A DNA stretch of 64,000 nt from Candidatus Latescibacterota bacterium (GTDB lineage Bacteria > Krumholzibacteriota > Krumholzibacteriia > WVZY01 > JAKEHA01), in assembly GCA_963707635.1 (NCBI GenBank), contig OY970173.1, positions 2,408,882 to 2,472,881 on the forward strand, in the 5' to 3' direction. The translations under genes were made by a program, and so were the position numbers. Numbering within the stretch: the first letter of the stretch is position 1; the number at the start of each line of letters is the position of its first letter. The notes under the pieces were generated by a model. That model was not told the DNA's origin. It was given only the letters and a program-made list of their open reading frames with translations, and made no database searches. This document shows, piece after piece, positions 9,186 through 18,385 of this stretch.

Positions 9186-10448
9186 TCACCCCCGGCGTCG
9201 CAACTGGTCGTACAGGAGCCACAGCGCGCCGTGGGCGGCGCGGTCGCGGATGGCGCCGCGGTCGCCCGGATAGATGACGCGCCGGACCTGCGAGCCGCCC
9301 TCCCACGCGACACCGATGAACGTGAGTCCAACCGGCTTGTGCGGCGTGGCCCCGCCGGGTCCCGCGATGCCGGTGGTGGCGATCCCGTACGTCGCCTTCC
9401 CTCGCCGGCGGATGCCATGCGCCATTTCCGTGCACGTCTCCTCGCTCACGGCGCCGAATTGTTCCAGGGTTTCGCCTCGCACGCCGAGAAGGTCCACCTT
9501 GCTCTCGTTCGAGTACGCGACCACGCCTGCGCGGAAGTAGTCGCTGCTGCCCGTGTGCTCGGTGGCGAGGCGACCGATGGTTCCACCGGTGAGCGACTCC
9601 GCGGCGGCGAGGGTCTCGCCGCGCGCCTTGAGGAGGTCGCCGACCACCTGCGCCAGAGTGCGCTCTCCGCGTTCGTAACACTTCGTGCCCAGGACTTCCT
9701 CGAGCCGGGCGTGCAGCCGTGCCGCCTCCGCGTCGAGGTGCTCCGTGTCCGCGCCCGGCTTCTGCGTCAATACGACGTCGACGCCGGCCACGTTGGGCAG
9801 CCACGAGATCGAGTACGCGTTCACACGCCAGGCGTCGGCGCCGACAGCGTCCACCAGCTGGGACTCGCCCACGCCGATGGTCCGAAACGTCTCCACCCGC
9901 AGCCTCGGCCGGGCGAACGCGCGCTCGAGGCGCGCGAGCACGAACGACTCCACCATCGGTTGCAGCTCTCCCGGCGGGCCCGGCAGCACGAACACCAGCG
10001 TGTCGCCCGCCGCCGCGCAGAAACCGGACGCGGTGCCGCGCTCGTTCACGATGATCTCGGCTCCGACCGGAAAGTGGGCCTGGCGGCGATTGGCCTCGGT
10101 GGCGACCCGCCCGCGTGTGCCGAAGAACGCCTCGATGCGTTTCCATTCGTCCTCGTGAAACTCGAGCACCGCGTCCAGCGCCTCGGCCACGCCTTCGCGG
10201 GTGGTGTCGTCGTCGGTGGGGCCGAGGCCGCCGGTCACCACCAGCGCCCGCGTGTGCGATATCCGGGAGCGCACCACCTCCGCAATCTTCGCCACATCGT
10301 CGCCGACGGTGTGCGCCGCGTGTACCCGCACCCCGTGGCGCGCGCACGCGCGCGCAATGAACGGCAGGTGGGCGTCGCGGCGTTCGCCGCGCAGGAGCTC
10401 GTCGCCGACCAGGACGACTTCGACATCGTGCATCACGTGGGGTGTCAT
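9186..10448 (-). CDS. cinA: CinA family protein (MoCF-binding domain plus nicotinamide-nucleotide amidohydrolase PncC domain)
   Basis: VEVVLVGDELLRGERRD...ALVVTGGLGPTDDDTTRE...SLTGGTIG...TGIAGPGGATPHKPVGL. ATG at 10448 chosen (alternative at 10433). Confidence 0.85.
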   Translation of the reverse strand: MTPHVMHDVEVVLVGDELLRGERRDAHLPFIARACARHGVRVHAAHTVGDDVAKIAEVVRSRISHTRALVVTGGLGPTDDDTTREGVAEALDAVLEFHEDEWKRIEAFFGTRGRVATEANRRQAHFPVGAEIIVNERGTASGFCAAAGDTLVFVLPGPPGELQPMVESFVLARLERAFARPRLRVETFRTIGVGESQLVDAVGADAWRVNAYSISWLPNVAGVDVVLTQKPGADTEHLDAEAARLHARLEEVLGTKCYERGERTLAQVVGDLLKARGETLAAAESLTGGTIGRLATEHTGSSDYFRAGVVAYSNESKVDLLGVRGETLEQFGAVSEETCTEMAHGIRRRGKATYGIATTGIAGPGGATPHKPVGLTFIGVAWEGGSQVRRVIYPGDRGAIRDRAAHGALWLLYDQLRRRG

Positions 10449-10464
10449 CGGGTCGGGGGGGTGA

Positions 10465-10872
10465 TCACGGTTGCGCGTCCGGAGCACCATCCAGCCACGC
10501 CAGCGCTTCGTCCATGGTCCGAAACACGCGCACCGCTTTCGTGCTGCGAGGATCGAGCTCGCGATACGTCGAGTACATGCGCCCCAGCCCGAACGCGAGG
10601 TCGCCCGGGGCCACGATCGCAAACCGGGACGCCTGGCTCGGGTGGTCCATGCCGGCCGCCAGCGCGGCCAGGTCCCGCATCCCGTCCGCCGACGGCGCTG
10701 GCACGTCGATGTGATCGGCGGCGCTCACGTCGACGATCTGGTCGAACCCGGCGACCTCGGGCCGCGCCCACACGTCGTGCTGGTAGGCGTAGATGTCCTG
10801 CTCGGTCACGACCCCCGACCCGCGCGCGACCACGCGGCGGCGGTCATGGTCGATCTGGTATTCGATTGGCAT
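10465..10872 (-). CDS. hypothetical protein (135 aa; small alpha/beta, STAS-like fold suspected)
   Basis: Coding-like composition starts only from ATG 10872 (MPIEYQIDHDRRRVVARGSG...). No motif recognised. Confidence 0.5.
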   Translation of the reverse strand: MPIEYQIDHDRRRVVARGSGVVTEQDIYAYQHDVWARPEVAGFDQIVDVSAADHIDVPAPSADGMRDLAALAAGMDHPSQASRFAIVAPGDLAFGLGRMYSTYRELDPRSTKAVRVFRTMDEALAWLDGAPDAQP

Positions 10873-10919
10873 ATGACCCTGATGATACCGCCGCGCGCGC
10901 GTTTCGGGGACCCGGGATT

Positions 10920-11387
10920 TCAGACCAAGAAACGGCCGAGCACCGGGGTGACGAACGAGGCCAGCACGAGCGCGGCGCGCGAGTACACCCCCGCCAGCAC
11001 GTCGTCGGCCACGACTCCCCACCCACCCGGGAAGGACTGTAGCCGGTCGATCGGAAACGGCTTCCACACGTCGAAAATCCGGAAGAGCGCGAACGCTGCA
11101 ATCACCCCGGCGAACGTCGGCTCGGCGGCGACGAGCACGATTTGGATGCCGACGATCTCGTCGATCACGACGCAGTGCGGGTCCTTGCCGTACCTCGTCT
11201 CCATGGCCGTGGAAGCGGGAACCGAGAGGATGGCGGTGACCAGGCATACCAGCGGATGCACCAGCCACTCGCCACCGGGCACGAGCCGGTATACAAGGAG
11301 GAACACCGCGGTCGCGAACGTCGCCGGGGCGAACGGAAAATGTCCGCTGTAAGCGAACGTGGCGAACGCGCGGACAAGCGCCTTCAC
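10920..11387 (-). CDS. pgpA: phosphatidylglycerophosphatase A
   Basis: FAYSGHFPFAPATFAT...VVIDEIVG...FRIFDVWKPFPI...GGWGVVADDVLAGVY is a PgpA family signature. Confidence 0.8.
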   Translation of the reverse strand: MKALVRAFATFAYSGHFPFAPATFATAVFLLVYRLVPGGEWLVHPLVCLVTAILSVPASTAMETRYGKDPHCVVIDEIVGIQIVLVAAEPTFAGVIAAFALFRIFDVWKPFPIDRLQSFPGGWGVVADDVLAGVYSRAALVLASFVTPVLGRFLV

Positions 11388-11536
11388 CCGACCACCTGGC
11401 CACGTGCGCGCGCGAGGCGGCGAAGGCGTGGAGTGGGCGCTGGAGATGACGCGTGGTTCGTCATGAAGAAAAACTCGTTGCGGGGCGACGACGGAATAGT
11501 ATCACGTTTGACAGACGGACGGTATACTGGCACGCG

Positions 11537-12427
11537 ATGCAATTCGCCGACCCGCCGAGTCCGCGCCGCACGGTCGCCCTCACGGCCCTCACGATGGTGG
11601 CATTCGCCTCCAATTCGATTCTCTGCCGCCTCGCCCTGCAGACGCGCGCCATCGATCCGGCCAGCTTCACGCTGGTGCGCATTCTCGCGGGCGCCGTCGC
11701 CCTGCTGGTCATCGTACGGATGGTCAATCCGGCTGCGCGCGTAGTCTCGCTCCGGCGGTGGACCGGCGCGGCGTTCCTGTTTCTTTACGCGGCGGCGTTC
11801 TCGTTCGCGTACACGAGCTTGAGCGCCGGGACGGGTGCGCTGATTCTGTTCGGGTGCGTACAGGCGACCATGCTCGCGGTCGCGCTCCGCTCGGGCGAAC
11901 GACCGCGCCCGCTGGAATGGATCGGGCTGGCGATCGCGGTGGCGGGGCTCGTCTACCTGGTCGCGCCGGGCCTCCAGGCGCCCGCCCCCGTGGGGTGTGC
12001 GTTGATGGCGATCGCGGGAGTGGCGTGGGGCTTCTACAGCCTCACCGGGCGCGGGAGCACGAACCCGCTAGCCGACACGAGCCGCAACTTCACCCGTGCC
12101 GCGCCGCTGGCGCTGGCGGTCGCCCTCGTGGCGCGCCTGGCCGGCGCGGACGTCCACGCGACGCGCGCGGGCGTGCTCTTGGCGATCGCCTCCGGCGCGC
12201 TCTCCTCCGGCCTCGGCTACGCCATCTGGTACGCGGCGCTGCGCGGGCTCTCCGCCACGCGCGCCGCCACCGTCCAGCTCTCGGTGCCGGTGATCGCCGC
12301 GCTCGGCGGCGTTTCGTTTCTCTCGGAGACAATTACGCTGCGGCTGGTGCTGTCCGCGATCCTGATCCTGGGCGGCGTGGGCGCCGCCCTCGCCGGGCGA
12401 TCGTCGGGGCGGACCGCGGCGCGCTAG
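11537..12427 (+). CDS. EamA/DMT family transporter
   Basis: About 10 hydrophobic helices and a duplicated EamA pattern (NSILCRLAL... / ...GYAIWYAALRGLSATRAATVQLSVPV). ATG at 11537 preferred over the longer track start. Confidence 0.75.
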   Translation: MQFADPPSPRRTVALTALTMVAFASNSILCRLALQTRAIDPASFTLVRILAGAVALLVIVRMVNPAARVVSLRRWTGAAFLFLYAAAFSFAYTSLSAGTGALILFGCVQATMLAVALRSGERPRPLEWIGLAIAVAGLVYLVAPGLQAPAPVGCALMAIAGVAWGFYSLTGRGSTNPLADTSRNFTRAAPLALAVALVARLAGADVHATRAGVLLAIASGALSSGLGYAIWYAALRGLSATRAATVQLSVPVIAALGGVSFLSETITLRLVLSAILILGGVGAALAGRSSGRTAAR

Positions 12428-12750
12428 CGGCGACGGCGGCGGCGCGGCTCCCAACCAAAACGATCGAGCGCGATGCGGTCATTGGCTCCGAACCGGACTC
12501 CCTCCGCTTCCAACAGCGCGCGCTGGAGCGAGTCGGCGCCGGGACTCGATCGAATGCTCACCCGCCCGGCCGCGTTCACGATCCGGTACCACGGCACCGG
12601 CGCCTGCGCCGGGAGCGCGTGCAGCGCGTAGCCCACCTGGCGCGGACCCGACGCGCGCGCGATCTCCGCAATCTGTCCATAGGTCGCCACGCGCCCCCGG
12701 GGAACGCGACGGATCGCGGCATAAATCCGACGATAGACTTCCGAGGTCAT
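12424..12750 (-). CDS. alkyltransferase-like (ATL) protein, MGMT-family DNA-binding domain without the acceptor cysteine
   Basis: YGQIAEIA...VGYAL...VPWYRIVNAAG: Trp sits where MGMT has the PCHR cysteine. Confidence 0.75.
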   Translation of the reverse strand: MTSEVYRRIYAAIRRVPRGRVATYGQIAEIARASGPRQVGYALHALPAQAPVPWYRIVNAAGRVSIRSSPGADSLQRALLEAEGVRFGANDRIALDRFGWEPRRRRRR

Positions 12751-12904
12751 CGGCCAACACCCTCCGCGAAGGAGTCTAGCGCACGCGGCGCGCGCGCAAA
12801 ACCACCTTGACGATTCCGCTCCGGTGCCGTCTTATTGAGGAAGCCGCACATCCGCCGGCCCCGGCGCCGGACCCGTTCTCACGACCGAATCAAGGACACC
12901 TTCC

Positions 12905-14308
12905 ATGCCGAGTCAACGTTCCTGGGCCGAGCCCTGGAAAGTGAAGATGGTCGAGCACCTGCGCATGACCACGCGCGAGGAACGAACGCGCGAGCTCGCC
13001 GCCGCCGGCTTCAACACCTTCCTCCTCCCGAGCCAGTACGTCTACATCGACCTCCTGACCGACTCCGGGACCTCCGCCATGAGCGACACCCAATGGGCCG
13101 GACTCATGAAGGGCGACGAGGCCTACGCCGGCTCGATGAACTTCTATCACCTGGAGTCGGCCGTGCAGAAGGTCTACGGGTACCGCCACCTGATTCCCAC
13201 CCACCAGGGGCGCGGCGCGGAACACATCTTGAGCCAGCTGTGCATCCGGCCGGGCCAGGTCGTCCCCGGCAACATGTACTTCACCACCACCAAGGTGCAC
13301 CAGGAGCTCGCGGGCGGGAAATTCGTTGACGTCATCGTCGACGAGGCCCACGACCCGGACAGCGAGTTCCCCTTCAAGGGCAACGTCGACCTGGAGAAGC
13401 TGGAGCGGCTCATCCGCGACACCGGCGCCGGGAACATCGCCTACCTCTCGCTCGAGACCAACGTGAACATGGCGGGCGGCCAGCCGTGCAGCATGGAGAA
13501 CATCCGCGCCGCGTGTGCGCTCTGCCACCGCCATGGCATCGCCGTCTACCTCGACGCCACTCGCGCGGTCGAGAACACCTATTTCATCAAGATGCGCGAG
13601 GCGGCGCACGCGTCGCGCTCGCTCGGCGAGATCCTGCGCGAAATCTGCGACCAGACCGACGGGTGCACGATGTCCGCCAAGAAGGACGCGCTGGTCAACA
13701 TTGGCGGCTTTCTCGCCGTCAACGACGACGATCTTGCCGAGCGCGCGCGCAACATGGTGGTCATCTACGAAGGGCTGCACACCTACGGCGGCCTGGCGGG
13801 GCGCGACATGGAGGCAATGGCGATCGGGATCGAGGAATCCGTGCACCTCGACCACATGCACGCCCGCGTGGGCCAGGTGGAATACCTGGGAGAGAAGCTG
13901 CAGCAAGCCGGGATTCCCATCGTGCGCCCGATCGGCGGGCACGGCGTGTTCATCAACGCCGCCAGGTTCCTGCCGCACATCCCGCGCGACCAGTTCCCCG
14001 CCCAGGCGCTCGCGGCCGCGCTGTACGTGGATTCCGGCGTACGCGCCATGGAGCGCGGCGCCGTGTCCGCGGGTCGCGACGCCCAGACCGGAGAAAACCT
14101 GTTTCCCGCGCTCGAACTGGTTCGGCTCACGATCCCGCGCCGGGTCTACACCCAGGCGCACATGGACGTCACCGCCGAGTCGGTGATCGCGCTTTACGAG
14201 AATCGGGACAGGATCGTCGGGCTGCGCTTCACCCACGAACCGAAACACCTGCGCTTCTTCCAGGCGCGGTTCGAGCCGGTGAGCGGCGATGCCGTGCTCC
14301 GAGGATGA
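12905..14308 (+). CDS. beta-eliminating lyase, tryptophanase / tyrosine phenol-lyase family (PLP-dependent), intact copy
   Basis: 467 aa with [54 protein letters not shown] (PLP lysine region), YGGLAGRDMEAMA, LTIPRRVYT. Confidence 0.85.
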   Translation: MPSQRSWAEPWKVKMVEHLRMTTREERTRELAAAGFNTFLLPSQYVYIDLLTDSGTSAMSDTQWAGLMKGDEAYAGSMNFYHLESAVQKVYGYRHLIPTHQGRGAEHILSQLCIRPGQVVPGNMYFTTTKVHQELAGGKFVDVIVDEAHDPDSEFPFKGNVDLEKLERLIRDTGAGNIAYLSLETNVNMAGGQPCSMENIRAACALCHRHGIAVYLDATRAVENTYFIKMREAAHASRSLGEILREICDQTDGCTMSAKKDALVNIGGFLAVNDDDLAERARNMVVIYEGLHTYGGLAGRDMEAMAIGIEESVHLDHMHARVGQVEYLGEKLQQAGIPIVRPIGGHGVFINAARFLPHIPRDQFPAQALAAALYVDSGVRAMERGAVSAGRDAQTGENLFPALELVRLTIPRRVYTQAHMDVTAESVIALYENRDRIVGLRFTHEPKHLRFFQARFEPVSGDAVLRG

Positions 14309-14405
14309 GGCGGGTGGCATCGAGCCGGGGTCCCCGCGGACGAAGTCCCGCGGGGTGGCGAGATGACAGGACCCGCAAGATGACAGGACCCGCGCTATCC
14401 GTTCT

Positions 14406-15770
14406 ATGAAAACCATCATCGAACCGTTTCGCATCAAGGTCGTCGAGCCGATTCGCATGACCACGCCCGCGGAGCGCGAAGACATCCTGCGCCGGGCCGA
14501 CTTCAACCTGTTTCGGATCCACGCCGACGACGTGCTCATCGACCTGTTGACCGACAGCGGCACCGGCGCCATGAGCAGCCTGCAGTGGGCCGGCATGCAT
14601 GCGCGGCGACGAATCGTACGCGGGGGCGAAGAGCTGGTTCGTGCTTCGAGTCGTCGGTGCGCGAGTTGACCGGCTTGCAGCACATTCTGCCCACCCACCA
14701 GGGGCGGGCCAGCGAGCGCATCCTCTTCGAGCTGGTCGGCGGGCCCGGGAAGGTCGTCCCCAACAACAGCCACTTCGACACCACCCGCGCCAACGTCGAG
14801 CATTCCGGGCGCGCGCGCCGTCGACCTGCTCGATCCCCGAGGGCAAGGATCCGCGTTCGCGCCACCCGTTCAAGGGCAATATGGACGTCGCCGCGCTGGA
14901 GCGTCTGATCGCCGAGCACGGCGCCGGCGCGATTCCGCTGGTGATGGTGACGGTGACCAACAACACGGGCGGCGGCCAGCCGGTGAGCCTGGCCAACCTC
15001 CGCGCCGTGCGCGCGGTCTGCGACCGGCACGGCGTTCCGCTCTTTCTCGACGCCTGCCGGTTCGCGGAGAACGCCTACCTGATCAAGAAGCGCGAGCCAG
15101 GGCAGGAGATCGCGCGCGGTCAACGAGATCGTCCGCGAGATGTTCGACCTGGCCGACGGCGCCACGATCAGCGCCAAGAAGGACGGGCTGGTCAACATCG
15201 GCGGGGTCCTGCTTGCTGCGCGACGCCGCGCTGGTCGCGCGCGCCGACGAACTCGCTGATCCTGACCGAGGGCTTCGTCACCTACGGCGGCCTCGCCGGC
15301 CGCGATCTGGAAGCGATGGCCCAGGGGTTTCGCGAAGTGCTCGACGAGGACTACCTGCACTACCGCATTCGCAGCGTCGAGTACCTCGGCGAACGGCTGC
15401 TGCGGGCCGGGATCCAGATCGTCGAGCCGCCGGGCGGGCACGCGATCTACATCGACGCGGCGGCCTTCGCGCCGCACATCCCGCCGGAGCAGCTTCCCCG
15501 GGCAGGCGCTGGCGGTGGCGCTGTACCGCGCGGCGGGCATCCGCGCGTGCGAGATCGGGAGCGTCATGTTCGGCAAGGGACGGCAATCGGCCGGCGATGG
15601 AACTGGTGCGGCTCGCCATTCCGCGCCGCGTGTACACGCAGAGCCACATCGACTACGTGATCGAGGCGATGGAGGAGATCGTCGGGCGGCGCGAGACGCT
15701 GCGCGGGCTCAAGATCGTCGAGGAGCCACCCTCATTGCGTCACTTCACGGCGCGCTTCGAGGAGGTCTGA
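14406..15770 (+). pseudogene. second tryptophanase / tyrosine phenol-lyase paralog, reading frame broken about nine times
   Basis: Family-conserved segments appear successively in frames 0,1,2,0,1,2,0,1,2,0: [18 protein letters not shown]...[18 protein letters not shown] / [15 protein letters not shown] / [23 protein letters not shown] / GARAVDLL / IPEGKDPRSRHPFKGNMD...KKREPGQE / [31 protein letters not shown] / [10 protein letters not shown] / [22 protein letters not shown]...PPEQLP / GQALAVALYRAAGIRACEIGSVMFGK / DGNRPAMELVRLAIPRRVYTQSHIDY...FTARFEEV. Confidence 0.8.
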
Positions 15771-15856
15771 CAGTATCCGCCCGGGGGCTTGACGTGGTGT
15801 TAAGCGCGAGCTTACAATCGCGAGTGTCGACGGCCGCCAGGTTTGGAGATGGTCTC

Positions 15857-16564
15857 ATGAAGACTCTTGCGGTCGCGTGCTGCGTTCTTCTTTTCGCTGT
15901 GGGTGCAACAGGCGACGTCCTCTACCCTGCCGCACTGACGTTCGAACCCGGTTACGCGAGCGGCCCTCCCGCGGGCTTTCCAGTGCACGACGTGGCTCCC
16001 CACTACGGTGACCCTCTCACGATCGTCGGTCGCGTGGCCGAAGTAAAACAGCCGTTCGACGACCTCCTGCCCGCGGACACGTACGAACTCACCTTTGTGT
16101 TCGAAGGGACCACATGCACACAGTGGGGCATGTGGGACGACATACCGTGTGCCGGAGGGATTTTCGGGACCTTCCAGGGTGGTACCGTGGCGATCTACCT
16201 AGACGCGTCTCCGGACGCCGACTTCGCGAACCCCCAGACATTCCATGACGGCGACCTCGTCCTGCTCGGCAGTTTGTCTATTGTGTCGGTGCTTGACAGC
16301 GACCCCTACATAGCCTGCCCACCTCGGTCGGATGAGCCAGACGTAGGTGCGTTTTTCACGTTCATCGGCGGCACGTGGTTTTCGCGCGTGAGCAACGACG
16401 GCGTCGGCTTCGATGCGATAAGCGAGGGGGAACTGGACGACAACGTATCGGCGGAACTTCGAGCTCTGGGCTATACGTTCCGTGTGGACGGCACGGTGGA
16501 CATCTACGGTCCCGTGGCTACCGAGCCCGTCACCTGGGGCCGCGTCAAGGCGCTGTACCGGTAG
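15857..16564 (+). CDS. secreted hypothetical protein (235 aa) with signal peptide and C-terminal TWGRVKALYR tail
   Basis: ATG at 15857: MKTLAVACCVLLFAVGATGD. No recognisable domain. GC is lower than neighbouring genes (about 59% in the first 100 nt by hand count). Confidence 0.6.
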   Translation: MKTLAVACCVLLFAVGATGDVLYPAALTFEPGYASGPPAGFPVHDVAPHYGDPLTIVGRVAEVKQPFDDLLPADTYELTFVFEGTTCTQWGMWDDIPCAGGIFGTFQGGTVAIYLDASPDADFANPQTFHDGDLVLLGSLSIVSVLDSDPYIACPPRSDEPDVGAFFTFIGGTWFSRVSNDGVGFDAISEGELDDNVSAELRALGYTFRVDGTVDIYGPVATEPVTWGRVKALYR

Positions 16565-16573
16565 TCCGCGATG

Positions 16574-17158
16574 TCAGTTCTGGGATAGCTTCTTGAGGAC
16601 GCCCTTCGCCACGCACTTGAGCGTGTCGAAGACCCCGTCGCCCTTGACCGCCACCGCCGGAAAGCTGGGAAACTTCTCCGGGTTGAGTTCCTGCTCCAGT
16701 TCCTCCACCGCGATCACGTCCGGCATGTCGCGCTTGTTGTACTGGAGAACGAACGGAACGTCGTCCAGCTTGAGCTTGTACTCCTCCAGATTCTCGTGGA
16801 GGTTGTAGAGACTCTCGATGTTGGCGTCATAGCGCGCCGTCTGCGAATCGGCCACGAACACGATGCCGTCCACGCCGCGCAGAATCAGCTTGCGGGACGC
16901 ATCGTAGTAGACCTGCCCCGGCACCGTGTACAGGTGGAAGCGCGTCTTGAATCCCTTCACCGTCCCGAGCTCGAGCGGGAGGAAGTCGAAGAACAATGTT
17001 CGGTCCATCTCCGTCGCCAGGGTGATGAGCTTGCCCTTGGTCGAGGGATCGACCTTCTGGTACACGTACTGGAGATTCGTCGTCTTGCCGCACAGCCCGG
17101 GGCCGTAGTAGACGATCTTGCAGTTGATCTCCCGGGAGGAGTAGTTGATGAGCGACAT
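16574..17158 (-). CDS. mglA: Ras-like small GTPase MglA (motility/polarity regulator)
   Basis: [33 protein letters not shown]...[33 protein letters not shown]...QYNKRD is near-identical in pattern to Myxococcus MglA, including the TVPGQ switch II. Confidence 0.92.
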   Translation of the reverse strand: MSLINYSSREINCKIVYYGPGLCGKTTNLQYVYQKVDPSTKGKLITLATEMDRTLFFDFLPLELGTVKGFKTRFHLYTVPGQVYYDASRKLILRGVDGIVFVADSQTARYDANIESLYNLHENLEEYKLKLDDVPFVLQYNKRDMPDVIAVEELEQELNPEKFPSFPAVAVKGDGVFDTLKCVAKGVLKKLSQN

Positions 17159-17192
17159 GTCGCTTGCCTCGACGTCGGTGCGTTAGTCTACG

Positions 17193-17690
17193 TTAGTCTT
17201 TGAACAGCGAATCGATCTCTTTGTTGAGCTCGTCGGCAAAGCCGGCGTCGAACTGCTTCAAGTCCTCGTTCTCGTACTCCAGTTTGTTGAACAACCGGTT
17301 GAGCACGTTGTCGAGGTTGTCGACGGCTTTCTTGACGCGCAGGCGCACGAGACCGAGCGTGGTGCGCTTGTTGAACAGCACCACGAGGATGATGTGCTGG
17401 GCGACGCGGGAGAGATACATGCTCTCGTCGACGCCCTGGTGGTACAGGGTGGAGAAATCTTTCTCCCCGATCAGCTTGGCGAGTTGGGCGTTGGCCTCGA
17501 AGTCGGCCGCGCACAGCGACGCGAAGCTCATCAGGTCGAACTCGGGCTCCATGCCGACGCTCGCGATGAGCTGGCCGGTCTTGTCGATCAAGAGGACGCT
17601 CGTCGAGTTGGAATTCTCGATGAGCTCCTTCAGGACCGAGTTTATCGCCCAGTAGTCCTGTTCGTAGATTGTCCAGTCGGCACGTACCAT
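17193..17690 (-). CDS. mglB: MglB, Roadblock/LC7-domain GTPase-activating partner of MglA
   Basis: 165 aa: ...SVLLIDKTGQLIASVG...ILVVLFNKRTTLGLVRLRVKKAVDNL... matches the MglB pattern. It lies directly upstream of mglA. Confidence 0.85.
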   Translation of the reverse strand: MVRADWTIYEQDYWAINSVLKELIENSNSTSVLLIDKTGQLIASVGMEPEFDLMSFASLCAADFEANAQLAKLIGEKDFSTLYHQGVDESMYLSRVAQHIILVVLFNKRTTLGLVRLRVKKAVDNLDNVLNRLFNKLEYENEDLKQFDAGFADELNKEIDSLFKD

Positions 17691-17765
17691 AGTCGCTCCG
17701 AAGGTCGGGGGGGTCGCCGCCGGTCGGGGCCCGGGATCGGTCCGTCCGATCCAGACCCGAAAGAA

Positions 17766-18365
17766 CTAGAGCGTTTCCCGGCGGTCGATGGCTCGGGCGA
17801 GGGTGATATCGTCAACGAATTCAAGGGCCCCGCCCATCGGAAGCCCTCTAGCAAGTCTCGTGACAGTGCACCCGTAGGGAGCGACGGCGCGGGCGATGAA
17901 GAGGGCGGTGGCGTCGCCCTCCACGGTAGGATTCGTGGCCACAATGAGTTCCCGGACGGCGCCGTCCCGGACCCGGGCCTCCAGGGTTCGCAGGTTCAGA
18001 TTTTCCGGCCCCACCCCGTCTACCGGAGACAGGACCCCATGCAATACGTGGTAGCGCCCCCGGAACCGCCGGGTCCGCTCCATGACGATCACGTCCTGGG
18101 GCTGTTCGACGACGCAGATCAGGTCGGTGGTCCGGGACTTATCTTCGCAAATTGCACACTCTTGGGCCTCGGTGATCGAGCCGCAGATCGAACAGAACCG
18201 GACCTTTTGCTTGAGGTCGACCAGTAGCTGCGAGATCCTCTCGGCCTCCGTGTTATCGGGGCGGAGCAGGTGCAGGGCGAGGCGCAGGGCGGTCTTGGTG
18301 CCGATTCCAGGCAGCCGCGACAGGGACTTTACCAGGGCGGTCAGCGTCTCGGAGCCGAGATCCAT
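17766..18365 (-). CDS. recR: recombination protein RecR
   Basis: From ATG 18365: LPGIGTKTALRLALHLL, zinc finger CSICGSITEAQECAIC, and a Toprim region ICVVEQPQDV...ELIVATNPTVEGDATA. The upstream part of the 580-aa track ORF is off-frame. Confidence 0.95.
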   Translation of the reverse strand: MDLGSETLTALVKSLSRLPGIGTKTALRLALHLLRPDNTEAERISQLLVDLKQKVRFCSICGSITEAQECAICEDKSRTTDLICVVEQPQDVIVMERTRRFRGRYHVLHGVLSPVDGVGPENLNLRTLEARVRDGAVRELIVATNPTVEGDATALFIARAVAPYGCTVTRLARGLPMGGALEFVDDITLARAIDRRETL

Positions 18366-18385
18366 CGCCGGACGCCTCCCGTTTC

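Noticed and set aside
12751-12904. Possible TnaC-like leader peptide or attenuator upstream of the intact tryptophanase-family gene
   Set aside because: No short in-frame ORF with a Trp codon and no terminator hairpin is visible in the 154-bp leader. Only a weak TTGACG...TCTTAT promoter-like pair is present.
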